Assembly (NCBI RefSeq): GCF_018398935.1
Contig: NZ_CP074694.1
Span: 2,190,001 to 2,222,000 of the forward strand
DNA: 32,000 nucleotides
Reading direction: 5' to 3'
Source: Telmatocola sphagniphila
GTDB taxonomy: Bacteria > Planctomycetota > Planctomycetia > Gemmatales > Gemmataceae
Part shown: in pieces, positions 26,016 through 32,000 of the stretch
Numbering within the stretch: position 1 is the first letter of the stretch
Layout: every line of letters begins with the position of its first letter
Translations under genes and position numbers: made by a program
The notes under the pieces: generated by a model
Databases searched by the model: none
What the model was told of the DNA's origin: nothing
What the model saw: the letters and a program-made list of their open reading frames with translations, nothing else

Positions 26016-27902
26016 CTAAAAGTTAAATTTTTGAGATCCTAGCAGGCGAAGAAGAAGCGTCAATTTTTTCGTCACTGAGAAGGCAATGCCAACTCCCAGC
26101 ATTCCCAGGACGATCAGACAAGTGACTAATAATCGGAACGATAGCGTCATTTCTCCAGTAATAACAACTAGCAACACGGCCCCCACCAGGGGTATGACGG
26201 CAGCAAGACTTTGAAAAACCGCTAACCAACGACTCGCCCCCACCATTTCTGCCGCGAGGGTAGTCGGGGTTCGCGTATCGGCATTGGTAAGTCGCGGATA
26301 AAAAACTCTCAGGACGACAAATTGAATTCCAAAATGCGAATAGATTACGGCGATTAATCCCGACAGCGTGAAGGATACAAGAAAGTGAAAGTAGACCTCT
26401 CCAGAAACTCCACCTGCGATAACATCGATAAAAATTGGAAAGACAAGGCCACCAGGTAGCCAGCCAGCCAAGGCCAGAATGATCCCCCAAGTGCCCAATT
26501 TCAACACTCTAAAGCGCAATAGGTCGACCTCGGAACCGTCCATAATCGCCGATTCGGACAGACGGCGCCAACCGCGCACTATCGGACGGAGTAGCCGAAA
26601 CATAATGAATAAGCAAATGGGATAGACGAACAGATTATAGCCCAGAACGATCTTTTCAAAGGCTCGATGTTGAGGAGGATCCAATCGTACTTCGATGGTG
26701 TTGTAAGCAATATTAACAAATGACCCTATCATCTGCGGTAACAAGGTTAATAGGAAGAGAGCCAAAAACGGATTGCGTTCTACCCAGGCTGTCAGCAATC
26801 CTTCCGACGGAAGCCGTTCTTCAATAGCCAGCGCGTCGGATGCGTTCGCCAAGGCTCCAGCCAATTCACCCGCAGTTTGATAACGTTGAGTGGGTTCAGG
26901 ATCCAAGCAGCGTCGGAGTATACGTTCAACTACCGGAGGCAACTCCTGTACTACCCAACAACTGGAAACTGAAAATGACTTTTGATTTTGGAGGAGCTGG
27001 AGTTTGTCTGTCCTCGGATCACCAGTAGCAGGTTTATCGAATGGCATCCGACCAGTTAATAACTCATATAAAACGACACCAAGCGAATAAAGATCACTTC
27101 GCTCATCGACCACTCCGAAACCCGGTTCTTTTAGATAGGCCCCCAGATGCTCCGGCGCCATATAGCCAATAGTGCCTCCGAGGTGGTTTCGGGCTCGAAC
27201 ATCTTGGGTATCGATGGCGATATTGAAATCGGCCAAGAGTGGCCTGCCGTACGGATTGATTAAGATGTTAGCCGGTTTGATATCGCAGTGAAGAACACCG
27301 CGACGATGCGCGAATTCCAGTGCTTCTGCCATTTGCACGCTGATCCGGCATATTGCCGCGGCAAAACGATAAGTGGCCAGAATCTCACGATTTCGAATCC
27401 CAGCCAGATCAAAGGGAATTTCCTCATTCGAATCAATTGTTATCGATTCTAAAATCTCAATTCCTTGAACTGGACGTCGATTATTCTTGTGAAGGTGCTC
27501 GATCACATGAGCCAGAGTGACTCCAGGAACATACTGCAAGCAGAGACAATGCTTCCCGGATTCAACATTGATGAATTGTCCGTAAACCTGAACGATGTTT
27601 TGGTGTTCTAATTCTGCTAAGGCCTGGCCTTCGCCGAGTCCTAGAGTTTCGGAGACTTTCAAGGCCACCCTTCGATCCAGCGTAACGTCGTGAGCGAGAT
27701 AGACCGTTGCAAATCCCCCCCTGCCGAGTTCTCGAAGGATTACGAAATCGTTGAATCGTTCTCCGGGTCGAAAGCGCTGACTGGAGCAGGAAATCGATAC
27801 TTGCTCAACCTTTGTGGGTGCATTCAGAGTGCTCGCTGCTAAGTCGCTCCTCGAGATGGCGAAGATATCGGACTGTTCCTTTTTTTTCTGAGCTTCGGAC
27901 AT
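26016..27902 (-). CDS. Ser/Thr protein kinase with a polytopic (about 6 TM) C-terminal membrane domain
   Basis: Hanks kinase motifs are present: LGRGGFATVYLA, RRVALKV, HRRGVLHCDIKPANILI, ADFNIA, GTIGYMAPEH. The C-terminal 260 aa contain about six hydrophobic helices. Confidence 0.92.
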   Translation of the reverse strand: MSEAQKKKEQSDIFAISRSDLAASTLNAPTKVEQVSISCSSQRFRPGERFNDFVILRELGRGGFATVYLAHDVTLDRRVALKVSETLGLGEGQALAELEHQNIVQVYGQFINVESGKHCLCLQYVPGVTLAHVIEHLHKNNRRPVQGIEILESITIDSNEEIPFDLAGIRNREILATYRFAAAICRISVQMAEALEFAHRRGVLHCDIKPANILINPYGRPLLADFNIAIDTQDVRARNHLGGTIGYMAPEHLGAYLKEPGFGVVDERSDLYSLGVVLYELLTGRMPFDKPATGDPRTDKLQLLQNQKSFSVSSCWVVQELPPVVERILRRCLDPEPTQRYQTAGELAGALANASDALAIEERLPSEGLLTAWVERNPFLALFLLTLLPQMIGSFVNIAYNTIEVRLDPPQHRAFEKIVLGYNLFVYPICLFIMFRLLRPIVRGWRRLSESAIMDGSEVDLLRFRVLKLGTWGIILALAGWLPGGLVFPIFIDVIAGGVSGEVYFHFLVSFTLSGLIAVIYSHFGIQFVVLRVFYPRLTNADTRTPTTLAAEMVGASRWLAVFQSLAAVIPLVGAVLLVVITGEMTLSFRLLVTCLIVLGMLGVGIAFSVTKKLTLLLRLLGSQKFNF

Positions 27903-27939
27903 TTATAAACAAGCCCCCCATGTTGATCGATCTTCGATG

Positions 27940-28704
27940 TCATCGAGCAAAATCATCCTTCTTTAATGCATTTTTTTCGAGGGTGGGTCGGCAATATTCG
28001 TACAGGCGAAGATCAATTAATTCTTGTGCGAGTTCTTCCTGTGTCGGCTGAAGAAGCGACGTTGACAAATCTTCGAGCAACAGATCCGCGAATTTTTCTC
28101 TCGCCCGCTGGAGTGCTTTCCGGACCGCAGGCGCATTGAGGGGCTTATTGAGCCTTTGGCTCATCATCTCGGCCATTTGTTCGCTCGACTGATCCGGATG
28201 GTCTGCCTTGTATTTCAAAATCGCATGATAAGGCTGGCCGCTACTTTCTTCCACGGCCAAGAGAGCTTGCCAGGCGCGACTCAGAAATTCGTCTCGCCAG
28301 CAAGTGATTAACGTTTCCTCGTCGATTCCTTGCGCGGCTTCGCTCTCGGCCGGTTCGGGAAACTCACTTGGCAAGTGGCCAGGTCGCTTCTTCCCTTTGC
28401 GGTAGTGGTTCGCAATCAGATTCTGGAGTATTCCTTTGACAAAGTCTCGGAAGCGTCCCCGATTTGGGTCAGCTCCTTTAAACGCCCCTTTAAGAAATGC
28501 GACTGCAAATTCCTGAGCCAATTCCTGAGCGAGATCCTCATTGCGAACAGCCCCCAGTAAGTAACGTTCCACAGCGCCCCCGTAAAGTTCCAGAAGCTGC
28601 CAAAGGGCCGTACGGCCCTCGGGCAAGTCGGCATCGTTGTTGGCGGCTCGGATCTGCTGCCAACTCGTGTTAATGGCGCTGAGTCGATTATTCGGTATGG
28701 GCAT
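27940..28704 (-). CDS. ECF-like sigma-70 family factor (kinase-associated type)
   Basis: Region-2-like segment: EFAVAFLKGAFKGADPNRGRFRDFVKGILQNLIANHYRK. Region-4-like HTH: SSEQMAEMMSQRLNKPLNAPAVRKALQRAREKFADLL. The gene ends 37 nt upstream of the kinase gene on the same strand. Confidence 0.78.
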   Translation of the reverse strand: MPIPNNRLSAINTSWQQIRAANNDADLPEGRTALWQLLELYGGAVERYLLGAVRNEDLAQELAQEFAVAFLKGAFKGADPNRGRFRDFVKGILQNLIANHYRKGKKRPGHLPSEFPEPAESEAAQGIDEETLITCWRDEFLSRAWQALLAVEESSGQPYHAILKYKADHPDQSSEQMAEMMSQRLNKPLNAPAVRKALQRAREKFADLLLEDLSTSLLQPTQEELAQELIDLRLYEYCRPTLEKNALKKDDFAR

Positions 28705-28905
28705 CGAGAATCTCCCGATTCAATTCGTGCGGGCAAGTCAAGTTAAGAATGATCTTATCAAGTTCCCTAAGAACATTTGGATCTCCTGAAAAGGAATTTG
28801 TTCGCGGTCTAAACAACTGCTTGAGATCAAGTGCTTCGAATACAAAAACCAAAAGCCACAGGCTTGGGTTGCCTATGGCCTTTATTGGAAGTGAACTTGA
28901 GAAGT

Positions 28906-29379
28906 TCATTCTTTATCGGAGCTGGCAGACTGCTTACTGCTAGCTTTCACTTCGGGAGCCGAGGGAAGGATAGCCGTTCCTGTTGCAGGACCGGAGATGG
29001 CCCCAGGGGGCAGAGTCAATCCTGTGCTGTTTCCGGGGAGGATTGCGGTATTCAGCGTACTCACCGGTGGATAGGTGGCAATCAAACTGACGGGTAGGTA
29101 CTGGTTGAAGGGGGCATACCAGTAGTACCATTGCGTCTGGATCGGAGAGTAGTAGCCGTAGCAACGATAGACAGGGAAGTAGCATCGGCTCGTCCAATTC
29201 CGGAAAGCCCTGGAAATCCCCACTATGCCCTTCTCGTGTTTTTGGTTGTGAATCTGATTCACGGAGACCGGTCGACCATTGTGCGGATCGCCGGCTTGGG
29301 TATTAGCGTTAGTTCCCAGGAGGAAACACAAGGCCGGGGCAACAATCATCGAGCGAAGAAGGGGAATGCGATTAAACAT
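28906..29379 (-). CDS. secreted aromatic-rich hypothetical protein (leader-associated gene 1)
   Basis: The start is set at the ATG conserved in both paralogous leaders (MFNRIPLLRSMIVAPALCFLLGTNANTQA). The Y/W-rich core is CYFPVYRCYGYYSPIQTQWYYWYAPF. The track's long N-terminal extension to 29589 is rejected (see findings). Confidence 0.7.
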   Translation of the reverse strand: MFNRIPLLRSMIVAPALCFLLGTNANTQAGDPHNGRPVSVNQIHNQKHEKGIVGISRAFRNWTSRCYFPVYRCYGYYSPIQTQWYYWYAPFNQYLPVSLIATYPPVSTLNTAILPGNSTGLTLPPGAISGPATGTAILPSAPEVKASSKQSASSDKE

Positions 29380-29580
29380 GGTCATTTTCCTTAGCGGCAG
29401 GAGGTGAAGCGGAGCCATTGCAGCCTGCCGGACTGAGAGCGGCTCCGCGTTTATCTTGGAGAAGACTTTGGCTTCCGAATCCCTGTGACTGGTTGCCTCT
29501 TTGTCCTCCACGCTTTCTTCTTTGCGCGAGTTTTCGAGTTGTGACGGAAGAACTGAAAAAAGTTGGAAATGATCCAAAGC
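29380..29580 (-). promoter_or_regulatory. conserved roughly 200-nt leader, copy 1 (candidate structured 5' UTR with or without promoter)
   Basis: About 85% identical by eye to 30436-30630. The indel pattern is not frame-preserving. A helix (29441-29448 pairing with 29409-29416) and a pseudoknot pairing (29424-29430 with 29395-29401) are preserved. Confidence 0.5.
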
Positions 29581-29781
29581 CAGTATCACTCACACGGCTC
29601 AGTAGCAGGGATTCAAGGCGAGAACAAAAGGACGTTCGCCCGGAAGCCAGTCTTATCGGTAGGTCCGTGGCTTCCCGAAATCAGCAAATTGAATCGAGTA
29701 GCTTCGTTACAAGAGGGTCGGCGCGCACGAAAAAGACCGCATTTGCGGTCCATTTTCGAGATGGCAATGTTGAGTTTTCTC

Positions 29782-30435
29782 TTATTTCTGTTTGACCGAC
29801 CACGTCACCTTATAGATGGAGTTCCGGCCGCAGCCGGTCGGCGAATCCAGGCCCTGATATTCACGCGTTTCTTTGTGGCTTGCACCGTAGCTTGCCACCT
29901 TCTGACCGGTGAGAGTGATATGATCTCCGGCTACCCAACCATCGCAATTAGGAAAGAGAAATTCGATCCCGATATTACCGATGTAAGATATGACCTCCCC
30001 CCAGGCACCTGCCGCAGTGGCTCCCTTCTTCAAGAGTTCGGTCGCCCCTTTTTCCAGCCATTTGGAAACCTCATCCTGCTTGTGCCCCGAATTCAGGACC
30101 AGATAGGTCAGCACAATTTTCGTGTCCGGCTTCGGCACGGTCACCCCACTGAAGGAAAGACCGACCTTGAAGGTACCGTCGTTAAGATCTCCCATGTGTT
30201 TGACCTTGGCCGGATAGATTTTATCTCCCACTTTTAACGCGAAGGACACATGATCGGTATCGTTGTGGCGTGATCGGGTGCGCAGAATCTCAAAGTTCTC
30301 CAGCGTGAAGTCGTAGGTTTTCGCTGCTGGCGGTTTTTCCTTGGGAGGATCGGCTTGAGCGTTCATACCTCCAAAGGCAATACTCACTACCATTGCGGCG
30401 ATAAAATTTCTGAAATTCAGTATGCGATTAAACAT
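29782..30435 (-). CDS. secreted hypothetical protein (leader-associated gene 2)
   Basis: MFNRILNFRNFIAAMVVSIAFGGMNAQA signal peptide, then a globular beta-rich sequence. The conserved ATG is at 30435. The TTG at 30441 used by the track is an ATG in copy 1 only. Confidence 0.8.
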   Translation of the reverse strand: MFNRILNFRNFIAAMVVSIAFGGMNAQADPPKEKPPAAKTYDFTLENFEILRTRSRHNDTDHVSFALKVGDKIYPAKVKHMGDLNDGTFKVGLSFSGVTVPKPDTKIVLTYLVLNSGHKQDEVSKWLEKGATELLKKGATAAGAWGEVISYIGNIGIEFLFPNCDGWVAGDHITLTGQKVASYGASHKETREYQGLDSPTGCGRNSIYKVTWSVKQK

Positions 30436-30630
30436 GGTCAATTTCCTATCGGCAGGAGGTGAAACGGAGCCTTTGCAGCCTGCCGAACTGATGGCGGCTC
30501 CGCGTTTTCTTGGAGAAGACTTGGGCTTCCAAATCCCTGTGACTGGTGACCTCTTTGTTCTCCACGCACTCTTCTTTGCTCGAGAAATCCGGTTGTGACC
30601 GAAGAAACGAAAAAATTGTTTGGAGCCGGT
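30436..30630 (-). promoter_or_regulatory. conserved roughly 200-nt leader, copy 2
   Basis: Paralogue of 29380-29580. The helix is 30496-30503 with 30464-30471 (one G-C pair replaced by G-U). The pseudoknot pairing is 30479-30485 with 30450-30456. Confidence 0.5.
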
Positions 30631-30816
30631 CGAGGAGAACGCAACAAAAATTGACTGAAAGTGGCCGAGACAGTTTTCTGAATCAAATTGAGCCAGGTGC
30701 AGTCACAAATTCCCAGCAAGAAGAATAAGCAGGTGTGGCGAACAGCTTCCGATCAATGGGATTCGAAGGGCATTGTTTACCACGGAACAATCTTTCGGCT
30801 TAAAAAGGGGACATCC

Positions 30817-31716
30817 ATGCTCTTTTCAACGCAATCGGCAAAGCGATTTCTTTTTCTCTCTACATTTTTAAATTTCCTAAGTGTCGCATCGCTCCCAGCC
30901 GATGAGCCACGGAACCCTGTGGCTCCAAATGCCAAAACTTACGCTGAAAGCGTTCTCACTTCCCAACCCGTCGGCTACTGGCGACTCAACGAAACACACG
31001 GGTCAATCGCTGGCGACGCAACGAAAAATAAAATTGATGGTCGCTATTTCGATGGAGTCTCCCTGGGCAGATTGGGAGCATTCGCACAGGGAGGTGATAA
31101 AGCCGTAGGCTTCGACGGCAAAACAGGGTACATCGAAATCCCTTCGAACAAAGCCTTCAGTCAACCGACCAGCGGCAAAGGATTTTCCGTTAAGGTCTGG
31201 TTCAAGCCGACTCGACTCGAATTCCCCGGCGAAACCGACGATCCTTATGTTTACTGGATCGGCAAAGGCCAACCGAGCCAATACGAATGGGCCTTGCGCT
31301 TCTATAGTCGCAATTCAAGCCGGCCGAATCGGATCTCCGCTTATGTTTTCAACAAGGAGGGGAAAAAAGGAGCCGGCGCCGAGTTCGAAGATCCCGTTAA
31401 GTTGAATGAATGGATTCATGTGGTCGCCTGCTTTGATCCTGGCAGCAAAGCCAACCCGAAGGCCGGCGTATCAATTTACAAGAATGGCGAGCTTCGAGGC
31501 AGCCCGGCCAGCCAACGGGGGGCACGGTATGCTTCGTTTGACATCACTCCAAGAGCTGGGTCAGCGCCGATTCGACTGGGAACCCGCAATTTCACGAGTT
31601 TTTTCCTGGGCGAATTGGACGAGTTGGCCATTTACCCTAGAGTTTTGACAGACAAGGAAATTCTCGAACATTTCCGAGCGGCCGACGCACTGAAGCCGAA
31701 CCTTTCGAAGAAATGA
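30817..31716 (+). CDS. LamG-like (concanavalin A-like lectin/glucanase) domain secreted protein
   Basis: ATG 30817 is preceded by AAGGGG. Signal peptide: MLFSTQSAKRFLFLSTFLNFLSVASLPA. Typical Laminin_G_3 features are YWRLNE, AVGFDGKTGYIEIP, FSVKVWFKP, WIHVVACFD and DELAIYPRVLTDKEILEHF. Confidence 0.88.
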   Translation: MLFSTQSAKRFLFLSTFLNFLSVASLPADEPRNPVAPNAKTYAESVLTSQPVGYWRLNETHGSIAGDATKNKIDGRYFDGVSLGRLGAFAQGGDKAVGFDGKTGYIEIPSNKAFSQPTSGKGFSVKVWFKPTRLEFPGETDDPYVYWIGKGQPSQYEWALRFYSRNSSRPNRISAYVFNKEGKKGAGAEFEDPVKLNEWIHVVACFDPGSKANPKAGVSIYKNGELRGSPASQRGARYASFDITPRAGSAPIRLGTRNFTSFFLGELDELAIYPRVLTDKEILEHFRAADALKPNLSKK

Positions 31717-32000
31717 AACGCAGCAAATACGTCGACAAACTGGTGGATTTCGCGAGTTGACTATCGATCTCAAGCTTGCACTCAAGCCCCAGGAAATGCA
31801 ATGGTCTATCACTGAATTCGAATAGACGGGAGAGAATGGATCCGGGTTCGCCGAAGAGCCCTTGAGAGAGATTCCAAGTCGCAAAATAACTATAAACGCG
31901 GTTAATTCCGCACTCTTTTGAATAATAAGATTCCAGATGCCGCCGGTGCAGGGTAAGCTTAACTTGTACGCAGGAAAGTACGATTATGGCTGACATAGAT

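Noticed and set aside
25604-26019. Small ORFs after the HsdS fragment, including the 69-aa ORF 25810-26019
   Set aside because: No motif and no convincing RBS, and the region lies between a pseudogene and a convergent kinase gene. It may be further decayed sequence, but I cannot assign it.
28906-29589. Long 227-aa version of gene 1, and the 93-aa ORF 30438-30719 covering leader copy 2
   Set aside because: The two leaders are conserved at nucleotide level, but compensating indels shift the frame. In copy 2 the upstream ORF is out of frame with the gene, so these are not coding extensions.
31637-31996. 119-aa minus ORF at the window end
   Set aside because: It overlaps the 3' end of the LamG gene by 80 nt, has unremarkable composition and shows no motif. 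It is left unannotated.
1-32000. CRISPR arrays, rRNA/tRNA genes, intact IS elements or integrases
   Set aside because: I found no regularly spaced direct repeats, rRNA or tRNA signatures, DDE or tyrosine-recombinase-like ORFs, or terminal inverted repeats while reading either strand.

Overview
The window looks like a chromosomal segment from a Planctomycetota-like genome. This taxonomic call is inferred from gene content: ECF sigma factors fused or paired with signalling domains, a TIGR03067-like domain, LRR, WD40 and LamG secreted proteins, and a Ser/Thr kinase. GC is roughly 50% by hand count. I saw no rRNA, tRNA, CRISPR array or intact transposase. Ordinary content includes a partial KaiC-like ATPase operon (1-1411), a fasciclin protein, a PadR plus serine-hydrolase pair, several secreted proteins and lipoproteins, an ECF sigma/TM/beta-propeller fusion, an LRR lipoprotein and a WD40 protein. 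The best candidate for an undescribed system is a tightly packed minus-strand three-gene operon at 18813-24297. It encodes a protein with a DUF559/Vsr-like endonuclease domain, a 343-aa protein with a winged-helix-like N-terminus, and a 1061-aa protein with two separate P-loop ATPase modules (AAA/ORC-like plus HerA/FtsK-like). Decayed fragments of an AbiEi-like antitoxin and a type I R-M HsdS subunit lie immediately beside it (24575-25603), which suggests a defence-island context. The second notable item is a roughly 200-nt leader, about 85% identical between two copies and conserved in a non-coding pattern. It precedes two unrelated secreted-protein genes (28906-30630) directly upstream of an ECF-sigma/Ser-Thr-kinase pair, and a pseudoknot-like fold is preserved in both copies. 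A zone of gene decay (4823-6839) and a roughly 130-nt dispersed repeat (10234-10375 and 17076-17200) are also reported. All homology calls come from reading motifs by eye; no database search was run.
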